64,000 bases of DNA, taken from NCBI GenBank assembly GCA_002389045.1, contig DGNS01000005.1, forward strand, positions 113,843 to 177,842. Direction: 5' to 3'. A program made the translations under genes and the position numbers. This DNA comes from Thiotrichaceae bacterium UBA4486 (GTDB lineage: Bacteria; Pseudomonadota; Gammaproteobacteria; Eutrophobiales; Eutrophobiaceae). Each line of letters begins with the position of its first letter. Within the stretch, counting starts at the first letter, position 1. The notes beneath the pieces were generated by a model. The model ran no database searches and was not told where the DNA came from. It saw only the letters and a program-made list of their open reading frames with translations. Below, in pieces: positions 30,454 to 41,077 of this stretch.

Positions 30454-31205
30454 ATGACAGTTTCGTGGTCATCATTCCGGCACGCTACGCCTCCACGCGC
30501 CTGCCCGGCAAGCCATTGCTCGACATAGCCGGCCGGCCGTTGCTGCAGTATGTGTATGATGCAGCAACGGAAAGCGAGGCCGATGCCGTTTACATTGCTA
30601 CCGACGATGAACGCATCGTTGAGCTCGCCGGTACATTCGGCGCCCGCACCCTGATGACCGGCCGCCACCACCATTCCGGTACCGACCGCCTGGCCGAGGC
30701 GGCGCGTCTGCTGCGCCTGGACGAGGCCACCATTATCGTTAATCTGCAGGGCGATGAAGTGGGCATGTCCGCGCGTGTTATTGATCAGACCGCCCGGCTG
30801 TTGCGGGCTGATACATCCGCGAATATGGCCACGGTCTGTGAAGTGCTGGACGATGTGGCACAGATCCGGGATCCCCATGTCGTTAAAGTCGTAATGGACA
30901 GGCACGGCCGTGCACTGTATTTCAGCCGCTCGGTCATTCCATGGACTGCAACCGTGGACGATATTTCCGCTTCTACCGTAGACCGCTGGTACAAGCACAT
31001 CGGTTTATACGCCTATCGTGCCGGTTTTCTGCAACGCTTTACCGCACTCGGAGCCTGCGCCCTCGAACAGCAGGAATCGCTGGAGCAGTTACGGGCGCTG
31101 TATCACGGTGAAACCATCCTGGTCGAACCGGCGTGTGATAAAACCGGCATCGGTGTGGACACCCCGGAAGACCTGGAACGCGCGCGGAAGATGTTCGGCG
31201 GCTGA
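30450..31205 (+). CDS. kdsB: CMP-KDO synthetase
   Basis: [48 protein letters not shown]. Confidence 0.96.
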   Translation: MNDSFVVIIPARYASTRLPGKPLLDIAGRPLLQYVYDAATESEADAVYIATDDERIVELAGTFGARTLMTGRHHHSGTDRLAEAARLLRLDEATIIVNLQGDEVGMSARVIDQTARLLRADTSANMATVCEVLDDVAQIRDPHVVKVVMDRHGRALYFSRSVIPWTATVDDISASTVDRWYKHIGLYAYRAGFLQRFTALGACALEQQESLEQLRALYHGETILVEPACDKTGIGVDTPEDLERARKMFGG

Positions 31206-31250
31206 GAGGTATCTCTCGCAACGCCGCGGAGTGCGCAAAGACAAATCAAG

Positions 31251-31366
31251 GGAGTGACTGTTATGCCAAAATCAATGTTTTCAAGACAATGATGTTGTGA
31301 GGCGCACAAAATCGAAATTTATGTGCCTTGCTCTGATAAGTTCTGGACGGACTGATTCAGAGCTTC
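31251..31366. mobile_element. MITE-like element, copy 3 (left-truncated, diverged)
   Basis: GCCAAAATCAATG...GCTCTGATAAGTTCTGGACGGACTGATTCAGAGCTTC matches the right two-thirds of the other copies. Confidence 0.65.
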
Positions 31367-31602
31367 TTCAGGAGATTTCTCCCGTTGGTCGAAATGACAA
31401 CGTTAATCTGAAGTTCCCGAAATGATCATGCCAGGTTTTCTCCTGGCGCGAGAGTTTTCCTGAACTGTTCAATAGATGACTTTGTCATCCCGGCAAAAGC
31501 CGCCAGGCAGTCGATTAAATCCTGTCCTGTCGAGAGAGTTATTCGGTTGCTGGTGAAGCGCTGTCGCCTGGTGACCGCGACGTTGATTGAATCGGGACGC
31601 GG

Positions 31603-31821
31603 CTAGCGCGAACGGTAGGTGATGCGGCCCTTGGACAGATCGTAGGGCGTCATTTCCACGGTGACCCGGTCGCCGGTAAGTATGCGGATATAGTGCTTGC
31701 GCATTTTGCCGGAGATGTGCGCGGTGATGGTGTGACCATTGTCCAGTTCCACCCGGAACATGGTATTGGGCAGGGTCTCCATGACCGTGCCTTCCATTTC
31801 AATATGATCTTCTTTTGCCAT
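31603..31821 (-). CDS. infA: Translation initiation factor IF-1
   Basis: [11 protein letters not shown]...[18 protein letters not shown]. Confidence 0.98.
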   Translation of the reverse strand: MAKEDHIEMEGTVMETLPNTMFRVELDNGHTITAHISGKMRKHYIRILTGDRVTVEMTPYDLSKGRITYRSR

Positions 31822-31933
31822 GTAAATGTATGCCGGTTTTCAGGAAGGGCGAATTTTGCCCTAATTATACCGAACTGGCAAAAAAATCGGGCAAATCCCG
31901 TGTCCACGGCAGGAAACGCCGCTGTGAAAGCGA

Positions 31934-32650
31934 TCAAAGGTCGTCAAATCGCAGCCAGCGGGTGCCGATGAAGCGTTCGTGGGGACGATATTCCGTTTTG
32001 TAATTCATCTTGTTGCATTCATCGATCCAGTAACCCAGATACAGCCACTGGAAGCGGTAATGGCGGGCCAGTTCAATTTCATAAAGAATGGCATAACGAC
32101 CGGGGCTGCGGGCGTGCTGATCGGGATCGAAGAAGGTATACACCGCCGACAGGGCGTCGTCCATTATGTCTATCACGGCCACGGCCACCAGCAGGCCCTC
32201 GTGGCGGAATTCCACGAAGCGGGTATCGGCCCAGCCGGCAGTCAGGAAGTTCATGTAATTGTCGACACCCGGATTGTCCATTCCTCCACCGGCATGGCGT
32301 GAATGGATATAGCGTTGATAGAGGTTGAAATGTTCCTCCCTGAATACTGCTTCCTGTATATTGCAGGTGAGATCCCGGTTCTGCTTCCAGTTGCGGCGCT
32401 GATTGCGGTTGGCGCGAAAATCACGTACCGGAATACGTATGGGAACACATGCCGAGCAATTATGGCAGTAGGGTTGATACACGTGTTCGCCACTGCGCCT
32501 GAAGCCTATGCCTGCCAGGGCTGAATAAAGCGCCCTGTTTTTCGGAAAATCCGGATCAGCAAACAGGGTTGTCGCCTTGCGCCCGGGCAGATAACTGCAC
32601 TCATGCTCGGGCGTGGCGTAAAAGCCGAGACTTTCAGGTTCCTTGCTCAT
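31934..32650 (-). CDS. bpt: Asp/Glu leucyltransferase Bpt (ATE-like)
   Basis: CSYLPG, GFRRSG, CHNCSAC, LSAVYTFFDP, LYLGYWI, MNYK. Confidence 0.9.
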   Translation of the reverse strand: MSKEPESLGFYATPEHECSYLPGRKATTLFADPDFPKNRALYSALAGIGFRRSGEHVYQPYCHNCSACVPIRIPVRDFRANRNQRRNWKQNRDLTCNIQEAVFREEHFNLYQRYIHSRHAGGGMDNPGVDNYMNFLTAGWADTRFVEFRHEGLLVAVAVIDIMDDALSAVYTFFDPDQHARSPGRYAILYEIELARHYRFQWLYLGYWIDECNKMNYKTEYRPHERFIGTRWLRFDDL

Positions 32651-33380
32651 AGACCAGTTCAGTCATCGGCCACTCAGGATGTGGCCGCCGGTAACAATAA
32701 TGCTTGAGCATGTTGGCAAACAGCTTGCGTTGTACCGGTTTGGCTCCGAGGCTGCGCAGGTGTGGCGAGTAAACCTGGCAATCAATAATGCGAAAACGCT
32801 GCTGTTTCAGAAAACGCCCGAGGTGGACCAGGGCTACCTTGGAGGCATCGGGGCGATCACTGAACATGGACTCGCCGAAAAATACCCGTCCCATGGCCAG
32901 GCCGTAAAGACCACCAACCAGATGATTATCCTGCCAGCATTCCACCGAATGTGCGTATCCGGCTTCGTGTAACTGTATGAAAGACTCCATAAGTTCGGAC
33001 GTGATCCAGGTTTCCGCGGTATCACGGCGCGGTGCCGCGCACTTATGGATGACCCGGGAAAAATCACGATCCAGCGTGACCTGAAACGTCTTCCTGCGCA
33101 GGGTCTTGCCCAGGCTTCGTGAGACATGAATATCCTGCAACTCCAGGATGCATCGGGGATCGGGTGACCACCACATAACGGGCTGGCCGCTGTTGTACCA
33201 GGGAAAAATTCCACGTTGATAAGCATCAAGCAGCCGTGGAATAGACAAATCCCCGCCGATAGCCAGCAAGCCGTCCGGGTCACGCAGTGCCGAATTCAGT
33301 GGCGGAAACTCGCTGGCGATGATGTTTTCCGAAACCCAGTAGAGCTGGCTGTCCTGGCGCTTGTAAAGATTCAGTGTCAT
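32634..33380 (-). CDS. aat: Leucyl/phenylalanyl-tRNA-protein transferase
   Basis: GLLAIGGDL, GIFPW, WWSPDPR, VGGLYG, FFGESMFS, DASKVAL. Confidence 0.96.
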   Translation of the reverse strand: MTLNLYKRQDSQLYWVSENIIASEFPPLNSALRDPDGLLAIGGDLSIPRLLDAYQRGIFPWYNSGQPVMWWSPDPRCILELQDIHVSRSLGKTLRRKTFQVTLDRDFSRVIHKCAAPRRDTAETWITSELMESFIQLHEAGYAHSVECWQDNHLVGGLYGLAMGRVFFGESMFSDRPDASKVALVHLGRFLKQQRFRIIDCQVYSPHLRSLGAKPVQRKLFANMLKHYCYRRPHPEWPMTELVYEQGT

Positions 33381-34552
33381 TTGCCGGGCTCCATACGGGA
33401 ATTATAGGCATTGTGCCGGGTCAGTGCCGCGATTTGTGCATTGACATGGCTGCTTTCCCGGTTGAAGAAGTCCTCGACAACGCGCATGAATTCCGGATGA
33501 CTGAACCAGTGCATGGAGGTGGCGCGAACCGGGAGGAATCCACGCAGCAGTTTGTGTTCGCCCTGCACTCCGGCGTCAAGACAACATAATCGTTTCCGGA
33601 TGCAGTAATCAATGGTCTGGTAGTAACACAGCTCGAAATGCAGATTGGGAAACCAGCCGTTACATCCCCAGTGCCGGCCGTAAAGGATCCTCGCCGATTT
33701 CATGGTAAAGGAGCCGGCCACGTAGCGGCCTTTGTGCCTGGCGAGAAAGAGCGTAATGGCCTCAGGCATATCGCGGGTCAATGCCTCGAAAAAGGGCAGG
33801 GTAAAACGTGGCTCGCCCCACTTGCGCTCGAAGGTTGAACAGTAGAAATCGTAAAACACCCCCCAGTGCGCTGCGCTGATGTCTTCACCCTCGAGAATTT
33901 CAACAGCAATGTTCTGTTCTGCCACCGAGCGGCGTTCCCGGCGGATCTGCTTGCGTCGCCGGGCAGTGAGATGTTGTAAAAAATCATCGAAACTGTCGTA
34001 TCCCCGGTTTGTCCAGTGGTACTGCCAGGTGAAGCGGGATAATAGAAAGTCCGTTGCCGGTGCGTTTAATGTAGTTTCATCACAAAACAGCAGATGCAGA
34101 GATGACATGGCCTGCTCCGTGCACCATTCGCGCACATACTGTAGCAGTTGCCGGCTGATGTTTTCCGCGTCATCCAGGTCAGGGGCGTGAAGCAAGCGCG
34201 GCCCGGTAACGGGAGTAAATGGTATGGCGGAGACCAGCTTCGGGTAATAATCAAGCCCGGTACGATAACAGGCGTCGGCGATCATGTAGTCGAAGACAAA
34301 CTCACCGTGGGAGTTGGTCTTGATATAGAGCGGTATCGCTGCAACAGGTATCCCGTTGCGAAAGGCCACTGAATGGCAGGGTATCCAACCGTGCGCCTCG
34401 AGATCGACATGTGTTTCCAGGTTGTTGAGAAAGTGCCATCCTAGAAAAGGGTTGTCAGTGGCTGACAGGGTATTCCATTGCCCCGGGGTCAGGTGCGATA
34501 TGCGGTCGAATTGACAAAAAGTCAGTGCGGTTTCAAGGGGCAAATTGTACAA
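33377..34552 (-). CDS. FemAB-like GNAT protein (DUF482 type)
   Basis: SHGEFVFD, YYPKLVSAIPFTPVTGPRL, YGRHWG, LHFELCYY, GEHKLLRGF. Confidence 0.85.
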   Translation of the reverse strand: MYNLPLETALTFCQFDRISHLTPGQWNTLSATDNPFLGWHFLNNLETHVDLEAHGWIPCHSVAFRNGIPVAAIPLYIKTNSHGEFVFDYMIADACYRTGLDYYPKLVSAIPFTPVTGPRLLHAPDLDDAENISRQLLQYVREWCTEQAMSSLHLLFCDETTLNAPATDFLLSRFTWQYHWTNRGYDSFDDFLQHLTARRRKQIRRERRSVAEQNIAVEILEGEDISAAHWGVFYDFYCSTFERKWGEPRFTLPFFEALTRDMPEAITLFLARHKGRYVAGSFTMKSARILYGRHWGCNGWFPNLHFELCYYQTIDYCIRKRLCCLDAGVQGEHKLLRGFLPVRATSMHWFSHPEFMRVVEDFFNRESSHVNAQIAALTRHNAYNSRMEPGK

Positions 34553-34569
34553 CCGTAATGCGTTGGTAA

Positions 34570-35073
34570 TCAGGGGGCGGTAACATCCAGATCACCCAGC
34601 GCCGCGGTCAGGGCGCGGCTGGAACCACTGAGCGAAAAACGGGTTTCATCGTAGCCGCCCGTTTCCAGAATAAAACGGTAGGTCACCGCCTGGCCGTTTT
34701 TGACGGCATTCAGGGCCCGGGATTCGACCTTTTGTTCCTTGACATAGCCGAGCACGAATTCGGCCCATTGGCGTTCCGCCAGGCAACGGGCCTCATTGAT
34801 CGATCGATTACTGATGAGTCGATCGTCGATCTGGTAGGTGGGACACATACTGGTCGACAGGCGTTGTTCAACCTTGTTGGTGCTGAAGCGGGAGCGAATG
34901 GCACCGTTACTGTCGAGATAGACCTCGAGGCTGTAGCCGTCCGGGTTCTCGGTATATGCTACGCGGGTCTCCCGTGCCGAATCCACATCCGTATGCACCA
35001 CCACGGACCATTCGGCCCGCGCGGCATTCGCTCCCATCAGTACCAGCACCAGTAGTAATTGAAATCTGTGCAT
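34570..35073 (-). CDS. Hypothetical exported protein
   Basis: Signal peptide (…GANAARA); open frame co-oriented with the operon. Confidence 0.7.
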   Translation of the reverse strand: MHRFQLLLVLVLMGANAARAEWSVVVHTDVDSARETRVAYTENPDGYSLEVYLDSNGAIRSRFSTNKVEQRLSTSMCPTYQIDDRLISNRSINEARCLAERQWAEFVLGYVKEQKVESRALNAVKNGQAVTYRFILETGGYDETRFSLSGSSRALTAALGDLDVTAP

Positions 35074-35184
35074 TGCCGCCAGTGTATAGTGCAATTTGGC
35101 ATATTAATATAGCATAATATTGATTAACTTGAAGTTTTCGATGACTCTTTCATGTAGTTTCTTGTCCCGGACAGCCTGCTGGTC

Positions 35185-36180
35185 ATGAATCGCCGTCAGT
35201 TTCTGAGTCTGAGTGCCATCATCACCGGGGCCATTTCCCTGGCCGGGCGCTATGCCAGCGCAACACCGGTAGAAGAACGACTTACCGGATTGTTATACGA
35301 CGAAGTGTTCCTGGATCACTGGCTGCAACCAGGCCATCCGGAATCCCCGGCGCGGCTGCGTGCGATTTTCACGGCGTTGGAGGCCGCCGGCCTGTTTGAG
35401 CAAACACATCCCCTGGGCTTTATTGCCGATCCGGATCCCTGGATACGGACCATTCACACCGGGGCGCATATGCGTTCGCTGAGCCGCGATCATCCACGTG
35501 GTCACGAAGTCACCCGTAAGGTTGTGGCCGGTGTGCTCGATGCGGTAGACGCTGTCTGCTCGGGCAAGGTTCGCAACGCCTTCTGCGTCACCCGCCCACC
35601 CGGGCATCACGCTGAGAACACGGGCCGCGTGGAAGGCTTTTGCTTTTACAATACCGTGGCTATTGCGGCACGTTATGCACAACAACAGTTCAAGCTGGAG
35701 AAGATCCTCATTGTCGACTGGGACTATCACCACGGTAACGGCACTGAATCGGCGTTCTACGAGGATTCTTCCGTACTGTTTTTTTCAACCCATGATTATT
35801 ACGCCTACCCGGGAACGGGCGATCCGAAGAAAACCGGCAGCGGCGCGGGGGAGGGCACCAATATCAACATTCACCTGCCATGCGGGACGACAGATGAGAT
35901 GATTCAGGATGCCTTTACAGAACACTTGCTGCCGGCAGCGGAGGCTTTCCGGCCGGATATGATCCTGATCTCGGCCGGCTTTGACAGTCGTAAAAATGAT
36001 CTGTTGGGGTGTTACCGGATTACTGATGAAGGATTTGCGGAGCTGACCCGCATGGTTATGTCACTGGCGGACAGGCATTGTGATGGCCGATTGATTTCCG
36101 TGCTTGAAGGCGGTTACACGCCATCCGGCCTGGCCAGCGCCACGCTGGCGCATGTGCAGACATTAATGGGCGGCGGCTGA
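35185..36180 (+). CDS. Zn-dependent histone deacetylase-family protein with Tat signal
   Basis: MNRRQFL; HPESPARL, RPPGHHA, GFCFYN, DWDYHHGNGT, SAGFD, LEGGY. Confidence 0.92.
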   Translation: MNRRQFLSLSAIITGAISLAGRYASATPVEERLTGLLYDEVFLDHWLQPGHPESPARLRAIFTALEAAGLFEQTHPLGFIADPDPWIRTIHTGAHMRSLSRDHPRGHEVTRKVVAGVLDAVDAVCSGKVRNAFCVTRPPGHHAENTGRVEGFCFYNTVAIAARYAQQQFKLEKILIVDWDYHHGNGTESAFYEDSSVLFFSTHDYYAYPGTGDPKKTGSGAGEGTNINIHLPCGTTDEMIQDAFTEHLLPAAEAFRPDMILISAGFDSRKNDLLGCYRITDEGFAELTRMVMSLADRHCDGRLISVLEGGYTPSGLASATLAHVQTLMGGG

Positions 36181-36228
36181 AATCAGCAACCGGCGCCCTG
36201 ATGTTTTGCCGAGCCGGGTTCCGGCCGA

Positions 36229-36570
36229 TTATTTCTTGTGGGTTTCGGAATTTTTTGAATACATCGGAAACGGCATGACATTGCCATCGCTGCTCTCGGT
36301 GATCCTGGCCGTACCCTGTTTGCTGACCTGATCAATACGGATTATGGCGTGCATGGGAATGTAGGTGCGTTCGACATCCTTGAATTCGGATTTCAGATTT
36401 TCCTCGGTCGGGTCCACGACCAGTGTAGAGTTTTCACCAAAGATCAGCTTTTCAACCTCGATAAAACCGAACAGTCCTTCATGGGAAACATGACTGGCAT
36501 AGATCTCGTAGATCCTGCCCTGATTATGAAAAATGATCTTGTAAATCGGTGTGCTGCGTTTATGACTCAT
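36229..36570 (-). CDS. DUF1820 family protein
   Basis: IYKIIFHNQGRIYEIYA, VVDPTEENLKSEF, IPMHAIIRID. Confidence 0.85.
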   Translation of the reverse strand: MSHKRSTPIYKIIFHNQGRIYEIYASHVSHEGLFGFIEVEKLIFGENSTLVVDPTEENLKSEFKDVERTYIPMHAIIRIDQVSKQGTARITESSDGNVMPFPMYSKNSETHKK

Positions 36571-36653
36571 GGACTCGGTTCAGGTGTCGTAGTGGAAGGC
36601 TGCGCGATTCTAGCACAAAAACACCGCTAACCCTGCCTGGAGAGAGTTTTCTG

Positions 36654-38156
36654 TTAACCAGGATAATACAGTCCGCCGCCGGGTCCGAGCGGGACCCCCA
36701 GCGCCAGCCAGAGCAGTAACAGGCCCGTCCATACGACTGCGAACACCAGCGTATAGGGCAGCATCGCCGCCACCACGGTGCCCAGACCCGAACCCTTCAG
36801 GTATTTCTGCACCAGTACCACGATGATGATCATGTAGGGATTCAGTGGTGTTATGACATTACTGACCGAGTCACCGACCCGGTAGGCGGCCTGGGTCAAT
36901 TCCGGGCTGATCCCCACCTGCATCAGCATCGGCACGAACACCGGGGCAAGAAAGGCGTACTTGGCGGAAGCCGAGCCCATGAGCAGGTTGGCCAGGATCA
37001 CCATGAGTATGAAGCTGGACAGCAACAGCGAGGCCGGCACACCCAGACCGGCCAGCCACTGGCCGCCGGCAATGGCGGTCATTTCGCCAAGGCCGGAATA
37101 TTTGAACGCTTCGATGAACTGGGCAGCAAAAAATGCCAGGACGATGTATGGTCCGAGGCCGGCAATGGTTTCGCCCAGCATACGGGCGATGTCCTTGTCA
37201 CTGCGGATGCTGCCGGTGGTGATGCCGTAGACAATGCCCGGAACGATGAAAAACAAAAATAACAGCGGCACCGTTGCTTCAACCCAGCGCGGAAAATGCC
37301 GGCCAACGCCATGCAACGGGCCCGAAGGGGAATACACGGCCAGAAAGACCAGGATGAAACCAATGAGAACAGAAATTAAAGCATATATAAAACCTTTAAT
37401 ATCATTAAGTTCTAATTGATTTTTAATGTTGATTCCAGGCTTGGCATCCATGCCTGAATCGCCCAAATTGGGCTCAACCCAGAGCGATGATACCGCCCAG
37501 CCGGTCAGTGTCAGCAGTACCGTGGAGACCATCATGAACCAGAGGTTGGCCGTGGTTGCCACCTGGTAACCCGGTTCGATGATCTGTGCACCGGCCTGGG
37601 TCAAACCGGCAAGCAGGGGATCCAGTGCGGTGATGGTGAAATTGGCGCTGAATCCCGCCGAGATCCCGGCAAAAACGGCGGCGATACCGGCAATCGGCGA
37701 ACGTCCCGCGGCCAGGTACATGGCCGCGGCAATGGGTGGCAGGACTACATAACCGGCATCGAGGGTCAGTGAAGAAAGTATGCCGACAAGGATGGTAAAC
37801 GGGGTCAGTAAAACAGCCGGGATGCGTTGCATAGCGGCGCCCAGCAAGGCCGGCAACAGACCGGAGCGTTCGGCGAGACCGATGCCGAGCATGCCGACCA
37901 GCACGATCCCGAGCGGCGGAAAACGGATGAAATTGTCCACCATGTGGCTGAGCAGCCACCAGATGCCGTCGGAACTGACCAGGCTGTTGGCCCTCAGCTC
38001 ACCTTTGACCTCGCTGCTGACGCTCCAGTCGAACGCGCTGGCCAGGTACGACAGGGCAATGACAAGGCAGAAACCGATAAAGAACAGGGTGGCCGGATCA
38101 GGCAGCCGGTTACCGACGGTTTCGATGCGTTTAAGGAAGGCCACGGCCGTTGCCAA
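36654..38156 (-). CDS. AbgT-family transporter
   Basis: IETVGNRLPDPATLF, FPPLG, GFSAN, GSASAK, YRVGDS, ITPLNPY. Confidence 0.92.
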   Translation of the reverse strand: MATAVAFLKRIETVGNRLPDPATLFFIGFCLVIALSYLASAFDWSVSSEVKGELRANSLVSSDGIWWLLSHMVDNFIRFPPLGIVLVGMLGIGLAERSGLLPALLGAAMQRIPAVLLTPFTILVGILSSLTLDAGYVVLPPIAAAMYLAAGRSPIAGIAAVFAGISAGFSANFTITALDPLLAGLTQAGAQIIEPGYQVATTANLWFMMVSTVLLTLTGWAVSSLWVEPNLGDSGMDAKPGINIKNQLELNDIKGFIYALISVLIGFILVFLAVYSPSGPLHGVGRHFPRWVEATVPLLFLFFIVPGIVYGITTGSIRSDKDIARMLGETIAGLGPYIVLAFFAAQFIEAFKYSGLGEMTAIAGGQWLAGLGVPASLLLSSFILMVILANLLMGSASAKYAFLAPVFVPMLMQVGISPELTQAAYRVGDSVSNVITPLNPYMIIIVVLVQKYLKGSGLGTVVAAMLPYTLVFAVVWTGLLLLWLALGVPLGPGGGLYYPG

Positions 38157-38958
38157 GGTTGTCGGTCAGGAAACGATCCAGGGCGTGCAGGTAGTGGCCG
38201 CCGCTGACCATGAATCCGTCATTGTGACCACCCTTCAGTTCCACGAAGGTCTTCGGCTCGTTGGCCAGTTCGTAAATTTGCCGGCCAAAATCATACGGCA
38301 CGATATCATCATCAGGACTGTGCAGTATCAATACCGGCACATGAATATTGCCGATACGCTCGCCGGTGGCGTAGTCATGCCGGGTGAGCAGACCCACGGG
38401 CAGAAAGGGGTAGAGCCGCTTGCCCATGTCGGCCACCGAGGTAAACGTGGACTCCAGGATCAAGGCCCGCGGCGGATGCTGCTCGGCCAGCCACGCGGCC
38501 ACGGCCGCACCGAGCGAACGGCCGAAGTAAACCAGGGCATCCGCAGCGGTCTTTTTTTCATGCAGCAGGAAATCCCGTGCGGCCAGGGCGTCATCGTACG
38601 TCGCCTGTTCCGAGGGTTTGCCCGTACTTTGCCCATAGCCCTGGTAATCGATGATCAGGGTGGCAAGGCCAAGGCGATGAAAAATAGCAAGGCTGTCCAG
38701 GCGATGGGAGATATTGCCGCCGTTGCCGTGGAAAAACAGTAAATGGCCGCGTGGCGCGGGGTGGGGCAGGTACCAGCCATGTACCCTGTTGCCCCTGCTG
38801 CTGGTGATGGTTACTTCTTCATAATCAAGGTTGATGGCCGCCGGCGTAGTCACCAGTTCACGGGTTGGATAATAGATTATCCGTTCCTGCAGCAGGTACA
38901 GCAGCAGTGACAACAGGACGATAACCGTAACAACAATGGTAATGGCGGAAGTGAGCAT
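38131..38958 (-). CDS. Membrane-anchored alpha/beta hydrolase
   Basis: FHGNGGN, DYQGYG, GRSLG nucleophile, HSPDDDIVP, GGHND. Confidence 0.9.
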   Translation of the reverse strand: MLTSAITIVVTVIVLLSLLLYLLQERIIYYPTRELVTTPAAINLDYEEVTITSSRGNRVHGWYLPHPAPRGHLLFFHGNGGNISHRLDSLAIFHRLGLATLIIDYQGYGQSTGKPSEQATYDDALAARDFLLHEKKTAADALVYFGRSLGAAVAAWLAEQHPPRALILESTFTSVADMGKRLYPFLPVGLLTRHDYATGERIGNIHVPVLILHSPDDDIVPYDFGRQIYELANEPKTFVELKGGHNDGFMVSGGHYLHALDRFLTDNLGNGRGLP

Positions 38959-38993
38959 GCGCCTTGTCAGTTGCAACAGTGTCCGGCCGTTGC

Positions 38994-39989
38994 TCAAGGA
39001 ATGGCGAGTACCAGTTTGCCGCGCGTGCTTGCGGTTTCGATGGCGCGGTGTGCCTCGGCAATGTGATCGAATGGGTACACCCTCTCGACGTGGATGCGGA
39101 GTTTGCTGCTGTCGAACAGCCGCGCACATTGATCGAGGATCCAGGTCTGGTGGCGCTGTGCATCTTCAAGGCCGAGCAGTAGCGGAGAGAGCATCACCTC
39201 CTGGCTGATGCGCAGGTTGCGAAAACGCGCTACCGACCAGTCCACGTCGGGCGGTATCAGCAACAGGGTAACCAGGTCACCGTAAACGCGCACGGCCGGA
39301 AAACTTTGTCTGAAAACATCGCCACCGACGTTGTCCATTACCATGTCGACGCCGCGACCATTGGTGAGCTCCAGTGTGGTTTCAACCACGTCCTGCGTCT
39401 TGTAGTTGATTACTTCATCAGCGCCGAGATCGCGGACAAAATCGGCCTTTGCATCGGAGCTCACCGTGGTAATCACCCGGGCGCCGATGTGCCTGGCCAG
39501 TTGAACAGCCACGTGACCGACGCCGCCGGCACCGGCATGGATCAGTACGGTATCGCCGGCACCGACATCGGCACGGTCAAACAGTGATTCCCAGGCCGTT
39601 AACAGCACCAGTGGCGCCGCGGCGGCCTGGTTGAAATCCAGCGATGCCGGCTTGTTGGCCACGAAACGCTGATCGAGCACGATGTACTCGGCGTAGTTGC
39701 CGGCAATGCCACTGACTCCGCCGTGGAAAAAGTACACTTCGTCGCCTTCACGCAGTTCAACCACGCCAGTACCCGTGGATTCCACCACACCGGCTCCGTC
39801 ACAACCGAGGATGGTGGGTAAGGGATCGACAGGATAGGCGCCGCTGCGCATCTTGGTGTCCACGGGATTGATCCCGGCGGCATGCAGTTTGACCCGTACC
39901 CCGGTGGATGAGGTGATTTCCGGTAATGGAACATCGACGACTTCCAGCACTTCAGGACCGCCGGGGCGGGTCATGTGGATGGCTTTCAT
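38994..39989 (-). CDS. MDR-family (quinone oxidoreductase-like) dehydrogenase
   Basis: AAGINPVD, LGCDGAG, LIHAGAGGVG, GKLVL. Confidence 0.9.
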   Translation of the reverse strand: MKAIHMTRPGGPEVLEVVDVPLPEITSSTGVRVKLHAAGINPVDTKMRSGAYPVDPLPTILGCDGAGVVESTGTGVVELREGDEVYFFHGGVSGIAGNYAEYIVLDQRFVANKPASLDFNQAAAAPLVLLTAWESLFDRADVGAGDTVLIHAGAGGVGHVAVQLARHIGARVITTVSSDAKADFVRDLGADEVINYKTQDVVETTLELTNGRGVDMVMDNVGGDVFRQSFPAVRVYGDLVTLLLIPPDVDWSVARFRNLRISQEVMLSPLLLGLEDAQRHQTWILDQCARLFDSSKLRIHVERVYPFDHIAEAHRAIETASTRGKLVLAIP

Positions 39990-39993
39990 TGGT

Positions 39994-40025
39994 TTGGTGA
40001 TTGGTGAATTGGTGATTGGTGAATA
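39994..40025. repeat. Short 7/8-mer tandem repeat
   Basis: TTGGTGA-TTGGTGAA-TTGGTGA-TTGGTGAA directly upstream of the MDR gene start. Confidence 0.75.
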
Positions 40026-40050
40026 GAGTAACACGCAGAAGAAGTTCCTG

Positions 40051-41058
40051 TCAGACCTTGTCGGGGGACGGATGGGCTGCAGCTTTCCTGAAAAGATATT
40101 TGACTTCGATGTGATGCCAGAGTAACAAACCGGGCACGTCAAACACGACTTCACGGATACGGATAGCCAGTGATACGGCCAGACCGACATCGGGGGCGAG
40201 ACCGACCAGTGCGCCAATCGCCATGAAACCGCCTTCCTGCACACCATAACCATTCGGAATGACAAAGGCGATGTCGGTAATGATCTGGGTCAGACTTTTT
40301 AATATCAGGGCCTCGATGATACTGACCGGATAACCCAGCAGATAGCAGGCCAGCCAGACTTCGCCGGTGGTGAGAACCAGACCCAGTGTGCGCCAGAATA
40401 ACGAGGCCATAAACCGGCGTTTATGCGCATAAAGTTCGCGCACAATATCATCCACACTATGGGCATTATCAGTGATTCGTAACCAGTTCTCCGATGAATT
40501 GAATCTGGCGATGAGTCTGGCGCTGAATCCGAACATGCCTTTACGCTGAAGAAAGATGAAACCGACGACATTCAGGCCGAATAAAAGGATGCCGGCGGCA
40601 ATATACAGGGCGAGTTGATCATCTATCGCCAGCATCAGCATCAGACAGGCGCCGATAATCGACCATGGGACAAGTGCGAGTGCCTGGACTGCCTTGTCAA
40701 CCATGACCGAGGCACAGGCATCCATACCATCTCTTCCCCACAGGTGCAGCAGACGTGCCCTGGCAACATCACCACCAATGGTGGCAACCGGTAACAGGGT
40801 ATTGATAGCACGCCCCATCCACATAGCCAGAAACAGTTCCCTGAAAGGAGGCACACGGCCAGTGGGGAACAGGTATTTCCAGCCATGGACCTGGATTATA
40901 AAACCGGGCAGCCAGATCAGCGGCAGCGTTAACAATAACCAGCCACCTTCGAGCAGCAGGGTAATGACCTCGCCAACACCTTGCCAGATAATGAGTCCGG
41001 CGAGTATCAGCAGGCCGATGAACAAGCCGGAAATGGAAAAAAACCTGACTGTGTTCAT
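40051..41058 (-). CDS. HpnL-like / lysylphosphatidylglycerol synthase TM-domain protein
   Basis: INTLLPVATIGGDVAR, FVIPNGYGVQEGG, LAIRIRE; many TM segments. Confidence 0.8.
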   Translation of the reverse strand: MNTVRFFSISGLFIGLLILAGLIIWQGVGEVITLLLEGGWLLLTLPLIWLPGFIIQVHGWKYLFPTGRVPPFRELFLAMWMGRAINTLLPVATIGGDVARARLLHLWGRDGMDACASVMVDKAVQALALVPWSIIGACLMLMLAIDDQLALYIAAGILLFGLNVVGFIFLQRKGMFGFSARLIARFNSSENWLRITDNAHSVDDIVRELYAHKRRFMASLFWRTLGLVLTTGEVWLACYLLGYPVSIIEALILKSLTQIITDIAFVIPNGYGVQEGGFMAIGALVGLAPDVGLAVSLAIRIREVVFDVPGLLLWHHIEVKYLFRKAAAHPSPDKV

Positions 41059-41077
41059 TGCCCGCGAATAAGCCGGA

